Below, one piece after another: positions 28,046 through 38,988 of a DNA stretch of 58,020 nt (within the stretch, counting starts at the first letter, position 1; each line of letters opens with the position of its first letter). The translations under genes were made by a program, and so were the position numbers. Source of the stretch: an uncultured Pseudomonadota bacterium (GTDB taxonomy: Bacteria; Babelota; Babeliae; Babelales; CAIQNR01); contig CAZQDJ010000002.1 of the NCBI GenBank assembly GCA_964592275.1, positions 1 to 58,020 of the forward strand. The letters run 5' to 3'. The notes below the pieces were generated by a model. That model did no database searches. It saw only the letters and a program-made list of their open reading frames with translations, and was not told the DNA's origin.

Positions 28046-29859
28046 GAGGCTCCCTTTTTTTGAAGAATTTTTATTTTCAAAATAAGTAACGATAGGGCTG
28101 CTGGTGTCATGCCAGGGATAATGCTTGCTTGAGCGATTGTTTCTGGCTTATGACGCAGCAGCTTTTGTCGCAATTCAATGGAAAGTCCATCAGTGATAAA
28201 ATAATCAAAATCAAGAGGAATGCGCATAGTCTGATACTTTTTAAGTTTTTCGACCTCAAGAGCTTCTCGTTCAATGTACGGAGCATATTTTATTGATGCT
28301 TGAATAGTTTGGCATGCACGAGGAGAGAGGTTTTTGCCTGTTAATGCGGCTACTACTTCTTGTGATTGTGTATTGTCAGAGAATGCATGAATAAGCTCGG
28401 TATGTGTTTTGGCAGTTCTTAATTCATGAAGCGTTTCTTCAATCAGTTGTTTTTCGGTAACAAAATCTTGATAAAACTGTTGTGGAATAAGGCCAATGCG
28501 ATAGGCGCGTTCAGTAAGTCGTAGGAACGCATTATCTTGACGTAATGTTAAGCGGTGTTCAGCGCGAGAAGTAAACATTCGATAGGGCTCATCAACGCTC
28601 AAAGTAGTTAAGTCATCAATCATAACGCCGATATATCCTTCGGTCCTATCCACTATAAATGGTGGCTCGCCGGCTGATGTTAACGAAGCATTAATACCAG
28701 CAATAATTCCTTGACCGGCTGCTTCTTCATAGCCTGTGGTTCCATTAATTTGGCCAGCAAGAAAAAGTCCTGGAATCGATTTTGCTTCAAGCGTCTGTTT
28801 TAATTGATGAGGAAGTACAAAATCGTATTCAATAGCATAGCCAGCTCGAACAATAACCGCATTTTCAAATCCTTTAATTGCTTGAATATAAGCAGTTTGT
28901 ACTTCGAGAGGTAAAGAAGTAGAAAGACCATTAGGATAGATCCAATCACTCGTAAGGCTTTCTGGTTCTACAAAAATTTGGTGAGATGTTTTTTCGGGAA
29001 AACGTGTAATTTTATCTTCGATAGAAGGGCAGTAGCGTGGGCCAATTCCTGAAATTTCTTTTCTCAAAATACGGGAAAGGTGAGCGTTTTCTTTAATAAC
29101 GTCATGTACTCGTTCATTGGTGTGCGTGATATAACAATCAAGTTTAGTAGTAGTGGTATGAGGATAAAATTCAAAGAGATAGTTAAGATTGTCCGCTTCT
29201 TGTTTTACCATTTTGGTAAAGTCGAGTGATTCACGTAAAAGACGGGGCGGGGTGCCTGTTTTTAAACGTCCAAGAGTTAGTCCAAGATCGCGTAAAGATT
29301 TGGTAAGGCTAATAACGGGTTTTTCGTCTTCTCTGCCTGACGGGTAATTTTCAAGGCCAATGTGTACCAATCCATTTAAAAAAGTACCGGTTGTTAAAAC
29401 TACGGTCGGTGTTGTTAAGATTGTACCATCAGCAAGGCGAACGCCTTGGATTGTTTTAGTACTATCGACCAAAAGTTCTTCTGCCATTGCTTCTATGATT
29501 GTAAGATTTTCAGTTTCTTTGAGTCGGCGTTGACTTTCTTGGCTGTAGGCGTTTTTGTCAATTTGTAGGCGAAGGCCATGGACGGCAGGACCTTTAGCGG
29601 TGTTGAGCATACGAACTTGGAGATAAGTCTTCGTGCAGAGCTCTGGCATTAAGCCACCAAGTGCTGCTATTTCAAAAACAATATGACCTTTTCCTATTCC
29701 TCCAATGGCAGGGTTGCAGGGCATATAACCAATCTTTTTTTCAGTAAGAGTAACTAAGGCAGTTTTTGAGCCTCTTCGAGCCGCTGCGTAGGCAGCTTCT
29801 ACCCCGGCATGTCCGGCGCCAATTATTACTACGTCAAAATTGTGCAGTTTTTTGTCCAT
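28036..29859 (-). CDS. mnmG: tRNA uridine-5-carboxymethylaminomethyl modification enzyme MnmG (GidA)
   Basis: 607 aa. The FAD motif is VIIGAGHAGVEAAYAAAR, and GidA-like sequence is conserved throughout (GPRYCPSIEDK, FLAGQINGTTGYEEAAGQG). Confidence 0.97.
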   Translation of the reverse strand: MDKKLHNFDVVIIGAGHAGVEAAYAAARRGSKTALVTLTEKKIGYMPCNPAIGGIGKGHIVFEIAALGGLMPELCTKTYLQVRMLNTAKGPAVHGLRLQIDKNAYSQESQRRLKETENLTIIEAMAEELLVDSTKTIQGVRLADGTILTTPTVVLTTGTFLNGLVHIGLENYPSGREDEKPVISLTKSLRDLGLTLGRLKTGTPPRLLRESLDFTKMVKQEADNLNYLFEFYPHTTTTKLDCYITHTNERVHDVIKENAHLSRILRKEISGIGPRYCPSIEDKITRFPEKTSHQIFVEPESLTSDWIYPNGLSTSLPLEVQTAYIQAIKGFENAVIVRAGYAIEYDFVLPHQLKQTLEAKSIPGLFLAGQINGTTGYEEAAGQGIIAGINASLTSAGEPPFIVDRTEGYIGVMIDDLTTLSVDEPYRMFTSRAEHRLTLRQDNAFLRLTERAYRIGLIPQQFYQDFVTEKQLIEETLHELRTAKTHTELIHAFSDNTQSQEVVAALTGKNLSPRACQTIQASIKYAPYIEREALEVEKLKKYQTMRIPLDFDYFITDGLSIELRQKLLRHKPETIAQASIIPGMTPAALSLLILKIKILQKKGASCH

Positions 29860-29978
29860 CTTTACCTACTTTATAATAAGAAAAACCCCTAGAACAGTGA
29901 TGTTCTAAGGGTTTAGTGTACAAAAGAGAATGTCTTTCGGCTAGTGAGACCTCCATCTCCCCTAAACGAATCAGAGTC

Positions 29979-30560
29979 TTATGCTGTAGCAAGCTCACGA
30001 GCATTAACAAAATCTTTGAGCGCTCCAAGTCGTGAAAACATAGGGTAGCGTTTTTCGAGTGCATCACGAAGAAGTTTTTTTGCTGTTGGAGATAGTTTTT
30101 CTGCTAAAGCGGTAGCCTGTTTAATGTCATTATTTTTTACTTTAAGCAACTGTTCGCCTATAGCAAGATCTTGAACAAAGAGCTGTTTTTCAGGATTGTT
30201 GTTATTGGTTGCTTGTTCTCTAAAAGCTTTGACCATTGCAGCAATACCAAATTTTGCTTTGTTATTTTTATCGGTCGTTTCATTAATAACTTCTTGCATT
30301 GATTGAACAGCAATTGCTTTTTGTGTGGCTACAACTGCAGCAACAATGGCAAGTTTGTGTTCATGGGTAATCTCTTGCTTTTTAGCAACTGGTTGAGTTT
30401 TTTGTGTGGGAGCAGTAGAGACTTTAGAAGTTTTTGATTCAAAAGCTTTTTTGATTTTTTCAAAAACAGCAACTTGAGGTTTCTGAGTTGCTTTAGCTGC
30501 AACATCTCCAGTTATGCAAAAAATGGATACTAATAAGAAAGTAGAGAAAGTATATTTCAT
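29979..30560 (-). CDS. hypothetical secreted helical protein
   Basis: 193 aa. The signal peptide is MKYTFSTFLLVSIFCITGDVAA. The mature part is Lys/Ala/Gln-rich and helical. Confidence 0.5.
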   Translation of the reverse strand: MKYTFSTFLLVSIFCITGDVAAKATQKPQVAVFEKIKKAFESKTSKVSTAPTQKTQPVAKKQEITHEHKLAIVAAVVATQKAIAVQSMQEVINETTDKNNKAKFGIAAMVKAFREQATNNNNPEKQLFVQDLAIGEQLLKVKNNDIKQATALAEKLSPTAKKLLRDALEKRYPMFSRLGALKDFVNARELATA

Positions 30561-30745
30561 AAGAATGCCTCATAGTTAATTAGGTTGACTTATAAACCTC
30601 ACATGAATAAACCAAAGTACTCTTACTAGAATACCCTTGGAGAAGGGATAGTCAAAAGCCCCCATGCTGCAATCTGTTGATTTAAGCGTGATATCCCTCT
30701 ATCCTTGATACTGTTTATTATGAATATAAGCTTGTAAAGGAGTTT

Positions 30746-31819
30746 TTGAGTATGTTGTATCATCTTGCTCTCGCCTGGAAGGACTATCTGCCTGTTTTGA
30801 ATGTTGTTCATTATATAAGTTTTAGGGCAATGGCATCATTGTTAAGCTCACTAGCCCTTTCTTTTTGGTGGGGAAGTGCGTTTATAAATTTTTCGCGTAA
30901 TTTTTTACGTTCAAAGGCCCGTGAGTTTACTCCTCACGCCCACAAGGCAGATAAGAATGACATGCCTACGATGGGAGGAGTTTTTATTGTTGCGGTAGTT
31001 GTGGCAACACTATTTTTATGGGCTCCTTTAAATAAGCCTGAAGTATGGCTTTTTCTCTTATGTTTAATCGGATTTGCATGCATTGGTGGATGGGACGATT
31101 ATTCGAAGTTGCGTTATAAAAAAGGAATTAATGCTTCGGTAAAATTTTTTCTTCAAGTGATAATGGGAGTTATTGTTGCATCGCTTTGGTATTGGTTGTG
31201 TGCGCCTTCAACGGTTCTTGTGTTTCCCTTTTTTAAAAATATTCAACCTGAGTTGGGATTTTTTTTGATACCATGGGCTGTTTTTGTGATGGTAGGGACA
31301 AGCAATGCGGTGAATCTAACTGATGGTCTTGATGGTCTTGCTATTGGGTCATTAATTACTAATTTCGCAACTTTTGCTGTTATTTGTTACGTAGCTGGGC
31401 ATGTTGTGATTGCTCATTATCTTAACATACCGTTTGCAGGAACAGCTGAATTAGGTGTTATAGGAGGGGCGCTTGTAGGGGCTTCATTAGGATTTTTATG
31501 GTATAACACTTATCCTGCTCAAATTTTTATGGGTGATGTTGGCTCATTGTCATTAGGCGCTGTCTTAGGCTTTATGGCCCTTTGTTGCAAGCAAGAACTT
31601 TTGCTTATAATTGCGGGTGGGCTTTTTGTGATTGAAACATTGTCGGTTATGGTACAAGTGCTTTCATATCGCTATTTAAAACGACGTATGTTTAGAATGG
31701 CTCCCATTCATCATCATTTTGAGTTACAAGGATGGGGTGAATCGAAAATTACTGTTAGATTCTGCATTATATCTTTTATTTTGTGCTTGATTGCTTTAAT
31801 GACATTAAAGTTGCGCTGA
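30746..31819 (+). CDS. mraY: phospho-N-acetylmuramoyl-pentapeptide transferase
   Basis: 357 aa. Contains NAVNLTDGLDGLA, MGDVGSLSLG and APIHHHFE motifs. Confidence 0.95.
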   Translation: MSMLYHLALAWKDYLPVLNVVHYISFRAMASLLSSLALSFWWGSAFINFSRNFLRSKAREFTPHAHKADKNDMPTMGGVFIVAVVVATLFLWAPLNKPEVWLFLLCLIGFACIGGWDDYSKLRYKKGINASVKFFLQVIMGVIVASLWYWLCAPSTVLVFPFFKNIQPELGFFLIPWAVFVMVGTSNAVNLTDGLDGLAIGSLITNFATFAVICYVAGHVVIAHYLNIPFAGTAELGVIGGALVGASLGFLWYNTYPAQIFMGDVGSLSLGAVLGFMALCCKQELLLIIAGGLFVIETLSVMVQVLSYRYLKRRMFRMAPIHHHFELQGWGESKITVRFCIISFILCLIALMTLKLR

Positions 31820-33073
31820 TTTTCGCTTAGCAAGATACAAAAGCGTTCCCAGAGCAAGAATGCTCCCAAAAAAATAAAGTGGAATGATATTGGTAAAGAT
31901 AAATCCACGAATGCAAAAAATGATGCCAATCAAACAACTAGTCATCCCTAGGATGCTCAAGTAAGAGCGAGCAATTTTGTTAAGTGATGCAATGCTGATT
32001 GCATACGCAGTCATGCCTGCAAGTACGCTGGTGTATTGCAAGGGGATTTGAGCACCTTTAGTTAAAGCTAAGAAACAAAGACACAAAACTCCTTCTGCAA
32101 GAATGCATAGGTAAGGAATATGAGCTGCATTGCATGTTGCAAATGATCGTGATGCAGGAAGGTAATTGTGTTGTGCGAGGGTGTGTAAGTTCCATGCATT
32201 GCTAAAAAGAATCCCATATGCTCCGCCTAAAGCAGAAGCTGCAATAGCAAGTGAAAGCAGAGGGGTGAGGATGTTTAGAAAAGTTGGAAATACTTTTTGA
32301 ATAAGGAGGGGAAATGCATCAGCGTAATTTGCTTGTTGCGCAAGGGTATCTCCCAAAGCTGCATAAAATAAAAATTGATACAAAGTTAGAAGTGTTACTA
32401 CAATAAAAAATGAGTAGATAATTGCTCGACTGGCATTTTTTTGTGGATTGTCGATAACTTTACTGAGCGAGCAACTTGCTTCAAATCCTAAAAAGCAAAA
32501 AATGACAAGAGGCAATGAAAGCGGCATCCCTTCCCAAATCAACGTCGGGCTAGCGATTGTTGCATAATCAAAAAACCAAAAACCAACTCCAATAGCAAAT
32601 AACAAAGGTACTGATTTTGTGAGTATAAAAAGGTACTGAATTTTTTGGCTTAACTTTCCACTGAACATGTTAAGAAAAATAAAGAGACAAATGATAAAAA
32701 TATCGAGAGAAAAAACAGAATAAGTTGCAAGGGCAGGGAAACTTTTTTGGAGAAATACATTAAAGACATGAATCCCAAGCGTAGGCGTTGCCAGTTTTCC
32801 TACAAAATAACACCAGGTGCTGATAAATCCCCAATAGGGACTAAACGCAGAGCCGAATGCGTAGAATGTTCCTTCTTCATAAAAATTCATAAGTCGAGCA
32901 ATGGAAAGCACGAGAGGAAGCATTAAAATACCTGCGAGGCAATAGAGCAAGGGAGCCAACCCGCCAACTTTTTGGGATAATACTACGGTGTTAACAAAAA
33001 CTCCGGTGCCAAGCATGATATTAATGTTTATAAATATCGCCGCAAAAAGAGAAAGTTTGTGTGCTTGTGACAT
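31805..33073 (-). CDS. APC-superfamily (amino acid/polyamine-type) permease
   Basis: 422 aa with about 12 hydrophobic segments. The N-terminal FININIMLGTGVFV resembles the APC G-x-G-[IV]-F motif. The substrate is unknown. Confidence 0.6.
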   Translation of the reverse strand: MSQAHKLSLFAAIFININIMLGTGVFVNTVVLSQKVGGLAPLLYCLAGILMLPLVLSIARLMNFYEEGTFYAFGSAFSPYWGFISTWCYFVGKLATPTLGIHVFNVFLQKSFPALATYSVFSLDIFIICLFIFLNMFSGKLSQKIQYLFILTKSVPLLFAIGVGFWFFDYATIASPTLIWEGMPLSLPLVIFCFLGFEASCSLSKVIDNPQKNASRAIIYSFFIVVTLLTLYQFLFYAALGDTLAQQANYADAFPLLIQKVFPTFLNILTPLLSLAIAASALGGAYGILFSNAWNLHTLAQHNYLPASRSFATCNAAHIPYLCILAEGVLCLCFLALTKGAQIPLQYTSVLAGMTAYAISIASLNKIARSYLSILGMTSCLIGIIFCIRGFIFTNIIPLYFFGSILALGTLLYLAKRKSAQL

Positions 33074-33152
33074 AAAAAGCCTTTTAGATTAACTTAAAAA
33101 TTTTAAAATAAGAATATTGAGCTCTACAATAAAAGCCACATTTTTTGTAGCT

Positions 33153-33887
33153 CTACTTGTTCTGTGTTCCAATAAAAAGAGCTATTGAGCCAGCTATTGC
33201 GGCATTCAAAGATTCAACAGTGTTAGCCATTGGTAAAGTAAGCTTTGTATCACAATCTTCAATCCAATTTTCTGGAATACCATGTGCCTCATTTCCGACA
33301 ATGAGCAAACTTTTTTTAAGGTTAAGTTTGTCAGGATGGGTTCCATTTTTTGCAACCATGGCGCATAAAGAAAGATCTTTTTTATTTTCAAAAAGTTGAT
33401 CCCATGTCCAACGAAAAAGGTCGACATGAGCTAAGGATCCAGCAGTCGATTGCACTACTTTTGGTGAGTAAGGATCGCACCCTTCAATCACAACAATTGA
33501 TCTGTATCCAAATGCAGCTGCAGAGCGAATAAGAGTACCCATGTTTCCAGGATCAGAAACTTGTGCAAGAACAAGGCCAGCTGAAAGAGCAGAAGCGTCA
33601 GGTTCAGTAGGGAGTTTAAAAATAGCAAGAATGCCACTTGGAGTGGTGCTTGCGCTGATAGATTCCATGTGTGATTCAGAAACTCTGTCAAAAGGGATAT
33701 GTGAAGGTATTTGGCTCACGAGGTACGGTTTTTTATCTTCTATGTAGAGTTCTACAGGTTTATGACCAGCTTCGATAAAACTCAAAATAGTACGAATGCC
33801 TTCGGCTAAAAAAAGGCCAGACGCCCTCCGCCCTTTGACAGTTTGTAGAGCACGAATATCTTTTATCATATGAGCAGTTAAGGCCAT
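33153..33887 (-). CDS. SpoU/TrmH-family RNA 2'-O-methyltransferase
   Basis: 244 aa with the three SpoU motifs: VSDPGNMGTLIRSAAAFG, LLIVGNEAHGI and LPMANTVESLNAAIAGSIALF. Confidence 0.85.
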   Translation of the reverse strand: MALTAHMIKDIRALQTVKGRRASGLFLAEGIRTILSFIEAGHKPVELYIEDKKPYLVSQIPSHIPFDRVSESHMESISASTTPSGILAIFKLPTEPDASALSAGLVLAQVSDPGNMGTLIRSAAAFGYRSIVVIEGCDPYSPKVVQSTAGSLAHVDLFRWTWDQLFENKKDLSLCAMVAKNGTHPDKLNLKKSLLIVGNEAHGIPENWIEDCDTKLTLPMANTVESLNAAIAGSIALFIGTQNK

Positions 33888-33907
33888 TTGTTTGTATCTC
33901 CAGGTAA

Positions 33908-33938
33908 TAAAAAAGGAGCGAGAAAACTCACTCCTTAA
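33908..33938 (-). terminator. rho-independent terminator after the secreted-protein operon
   Basis: On the minus strand, ggagtgag tttt ctcgctcc is followed by a T-run. Confidence 0.5.
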
Positions 33939-33974
33939 AAGTTTACCATAAAAAGCTACAAAAGCTTTTTGGGG

Positions 33975-34214
33975 TTATTTTCTTTTGCCTCTAACTATGA
34001 TCGGCGGTGTTCCTATCGGATTAGTATTAGTTAGTAGCCAGCGTTTTTTACCGCTAACTCTTTTAACAGTAACTCCTGCAGGAACTACAGGCGCTTTGCC
34101 TGATTTAACGGTGATGCTAGTACCTGCGGCAAGTGAGTAATCCTTGCTCTTTTTACATTCGGTTGTTGCAACAAACCCAAGGGTTAAAGCAACTAATAAT
34201 AATTGTTTTTTCAT
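33975..34214 (-). CDS. small secreted protein, paralogous to the N-terminal part of the next gene
   Basis: 79 aa. Its signal peptide MKKQLLLVALTLGFVATT resembles MKKQLFTLALLTLGYVAS of ORF 34282-34767. The two also share a VSG.(K)K(R/G)(W)..T.NP block. Confidence 0.5.
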   Translation of the reverse strand: MKKQLLLVALTLGFVATTECKKSKDYSLAAGTSITVKSGKAPVVPAGVTVKRVSGKKRWLLTNTNPIGTPPIIVRGKRK

Positions 34215-34281
34215 GTTTGATTCCTTTCTAAAATCTATTACTAGGGGAGATAAAATTTATTAATTTTGTTTTCGGCATCTA

Positions 34282-34767
34282 TTACATATCTGAATCGGAA
34301 TTTGGTGTTTCGCTATCTAGGTCGATTTCATCTACTTCGATACCTTCATCGTCGCTTTGAACGCTTTCTACAATAAGGCCATCGCGATCTGTAACGCGTC
34401 CTCTATTTTTATCTTTTGCTGATCCTGTTACAGTGATGTCATGTTCGGCCATGTGTGTTTTTTTAGTATGGCCAGATAGTTTTTTTTCAATGACAATAGA
34501 AGCAAGGCCAGGATTTTTTGTGGTGATGCACCATTTACCTTTGTTTGGTCCTGAAACTACTTTTTCAATCTCGAGCACTGTTTGGCCAGCGATTTTAGGT
34601 GTTTGGGATACAACATAAGCATTTACGCCGCGTACCAACTGAATAGTTTCTGGAGCCATTGTTTCTTTTATTTTGTTTAAATGTGCCAGAACTGCTACGC
34701 CCATACTGTGTGAACTTGCAACGTACCCAAGGGTCAAAAGAGCAAGAGTAAATAATTGTTTTTTCAT
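34282..34767 (-). CDS. secreted protein with acidic C-terminal tail
   Basis: 161 aa with a signal peptide. The block VVSGPNKGKWCITTKNPG is shared with the 79-aa neighbour. The tail DDEGIEVDEIDLDSETPNSDSDM is acidic. Confidence 0.55.
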   Translation of the reverse strand: MKKQLFTLALLTLGYVASSHSMGVAVLAHLNKIKETMAPETIQLVRGVNAYVVSQTPKIAGQTVLEIEKVVSGPNKGKWCITTKNPGLASIVIEKKLSGHTKKTHMAEHDITVTGSAKDKNRGRVTDRDGLIVESVQSDDEGIEVDEIDLDSETPNSDSDM

Positions 34768-34824
34768 TTTAATTCCTTCATTTTTTAAAAAAAATTACCA
34801 ATTTTTTATTTGATATTTAAAATT

Positions 34825-35322
34825 TTAGGTATCATTATCTCCTTCTTCTCTTATTTTTTTTGCTTCAACCAGGTTGGTTTTGGGAATAACTTCAACTTCA
34901 CGATTTATTATCATAGGTTTTTCCTGAATTCCGCCTCCGCTTGTTCTAATACTGGTAAGTTCGAAATTGTATGTTCCTGGAGTTAAGGGAGGATGTGCGT
35001 AATATTCCTGTGCAATATCATCAGTGCTGCCTTTGCGCCATACTAATGTGTTGTCAAAAGGAACGGGGACATTGGCCTGCCCGGTAACTTTTTTTGAGAT
35101 TTTAAAACTGATCTGTTTACCTTCTTCTGCAGAAAGCTGATCCATAATTTTTTTAATATGAAGTGTGTCTTCTTCAACGATTCTTCCTGGGAAATCATTG
35201 ATATCGCTTACTTCGTAGATAACAGGATGGCTTGTTGCAGATTGTGAAAGAACATGGGGGAATGCAAGTGATGCGACAAGGAGCAAACATACAATGAGCA
35301 AAAATAAATGATGTTTTTTCAT
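34825..35322 (-). CDS. secreted beta-rich protein with acidic tail
   Basis: 165 aa. The signal peptide is MKKHHLFLLIVCLLLVASLAFP. SD AAGGAA is upstream. Only 9 nt separate it from the upstream gene's stop. Confidence 0.55.
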   Translation of the reverse strand: MKKHHLFLLIVCLLLVASLAFPHVLSQSATSHPVIYEVSDINDFPGRIVEEDTLHIKKIMDQLSAEEGKQISFKISKKVTGQANVPVPFDNTLVWRKGSTDDIAQEYYAHPPLTPGTYNFELTSIRTSGGGIQEKPMIINREVEVIPKTNLVEAKKIREEGDNDT

Positions 35323-35331
35323 AGCGTTCCT

Positions 35332-36828
35332 TTATTTTTCTATTTCTTGATGTTCAGTAGGTTCTTCTTCATCTTCTTGTGGAAATTCTTGAGATGATTC
35401 TTCGTGAAGTGATGGAGATTCTTCTTCGTTTTCAAAGTCAGTATTATTTTCGTCGTCGTGTGACGATTCTTTTAAAAAGCTGGCAAATGGTTCATCTGCA
35501 TGCGCAATGTCATCTCTCTCTCTTCTATCATTATCGGCAAAATCGGTTGTTGTTTTTGCAGGTTCTGAAACGGCCTCTGTGGAAACCTGAGTATTGATTT
35601 CTGCTAGCTTTTCTTTGTCATCGTGCGTTGGGAGTTGTTGATCATGTAATGTGTTTTTTGCTTCAATTGGATCTTCGTGAACAGTAGTGGCCAGTTCTTT
35701 TGTCATTAGTTTTTCAACTACAATAACGTGCTGTATGTGACTTTCTGATCCTGTTGAATAGGTAATAGTTGCTTCTCCAATTTTATGACCGGTAAGAATA
35801 AGACTCCATTGCGGGGTAGTTTTAGTTCCATCAAATTTTAAAGTGGCAGAAACAATTGCAGGGTCACTTGACTGGGCACTTCCTCCTGCAAATGAAGTTG
35901 CAAGGTGAGATTCATCGATCATGAGCGTAAGAGGTTCTTTGGTGATAATCATTTGTGGCGCTGATGTTTGTTTAGTTTCAGAATCATCTACTTTTTGTGT
36001 TGTAGTTATAAGTTTCCGTACTTCTTGGCTGAATGTTTTAAATTGGGTTTGTATGTTGGTTAGATATTTTTCTTCTAATTGATTTAATTTTTCAAAAACA
36101 AAATTTTGTGGTTCTGGATATTGTGTTCCGCTTATAAGTTCATGAGGGTTTCCTTGAATTTCAACATGATAGACTGGCTCAAAATGATCAGGTATTCCGT
36201 GTATTCCTTGTGCTTTAAATACCGTAAATGAACCGCTATGTACTGTTGCAGGAATAGTTATAGTATAATTTTTTTCTGTTGGGATTCCGTGAGCACCATT
36301 TTTTATAGTGCTTGAAAGGTAGGATTCATATTTTTTGTCTTGAATGAGGTAGCGATAAGTTTCAACGCCATGCGCAAGAGCAAGAGGATCGAGAGTTGCT
36401 GAATTTCCTGGAGTGATATGCAATGTTTTAATAGAGGCTGTTTGCTGCGCAGTTGAACGATGGTCTTTTGTTAAAAATGGATTATGTTCGGTTGGCGTTG
36501 CAGGTTCTGTTTTTGCCGACACTAGAGCATGATCTTCACTGTTTTTTGATTCGTGATGAGAAAAAGGATTTTCTGGTTCATCGGAAGAATCGGGAGTTGA
36601 AGCGATAGTGTGATGTTCTTCTGGAGCAAAAGGGTTAGCTGATTCTTCTTTGTTCGAAGTATTTTTTACTACTGGAGTTACAGGTTGACTTGCTTCAAGT
36701 GGATGATTTTGAGGGGCAAAAGGATTACTTTCACCTGCTTGCGCTGAAGTTATACAAAGGATTGCTAAAAGGGTTAATAAGCTTGATTTATATAATTTCA
36801 TTCGAACTCTCCTATAAAATAAGACCAC
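35332..36828 (-). CDS. secreted protein with four NPF motifs, a Big_2-like Ig domain and an acidic tail
   Basis: The likely start is the ATG at 36801 (MKLYKSSLLTLLAILCITSAQA), after AGGAGAG. NPF occurs at residues 35, 65, 87 and 116 of the ORF-track protein. SSDPAIVSATL...LTGHKIGEATITY resembles a bacterial Ig-like domain. Confidence 0.65.
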   Translation of the reverse strand: MVLFYRRVRMKLYKSSLLTLLAILCITSAQAGESNPFAPQNHPLEASQPVTPVVKNTSNKEESANPFAPEEHHTIASTPDSSDEPENPFSHHESKNSEDHALVSAKTEPATPTEHNPFLTKDHRSTAQQTASIKTLHITPGNSATLDPLALAHGVETYRYLIQDKKYESYLSSTIKNGAHGIPTEKNYTITIPATVHSGSFTVFKAQGIHGIPDHFEPVYHVEIQGNPHELISGTQYPEPQNFVFEKLNQLEEKYLTNIQTQFKTFSQEVRKLITTTQKVDDSETKQTSAPQMIITKEPLTLMIDESHLATSFAGGSAQSSDPAIVSATLKFDGTKTTPQWSLILTGHKIGEATITYSTGSESHIQHVIVVEKLMTKELATTVHEDPIEAKNTLHDQQLPTHDDKEKLAEINTQVSTEAVSEPAKTTTDFADNDRRERDDIAHADEPFASFLKESSHDDENNTDFENEEESPSLHEESSQEFPQEDEEEPTEHQEIEK

Positions 36829-37040
36829 AGCTATTCTTTTGTGGCATGTTATTTATTTTTTACTACTTATGAATAAATTTACAATTATAAATTATTTAAA
36901 AGCAATAAAAATAAAACTTTTTAAGAAGATTGCGAGAAATAAGCTTGTTTTTAGATAGGCAATGAAAATAAGTGTTTCAATGTGAAAACATTACAGCACT
37001 AAGAGCATTCTTGCGATAGGTTTTAGAAAGTAACAAGTTC

Positions 37041-38860
<1,820 letters not shown>

Positions 38861-38988
38861 TCTTGTACCTCATAAAGGGATAAGTATATCGTAAAAGAAG
38901 CGTTTTAAAAAATTATTGGCTTATGAGCAGAGGGTTTTGGCTTACGTTTGTAGATAGATTGAAAAAATTATAAAAAAGGAATCTGAGG

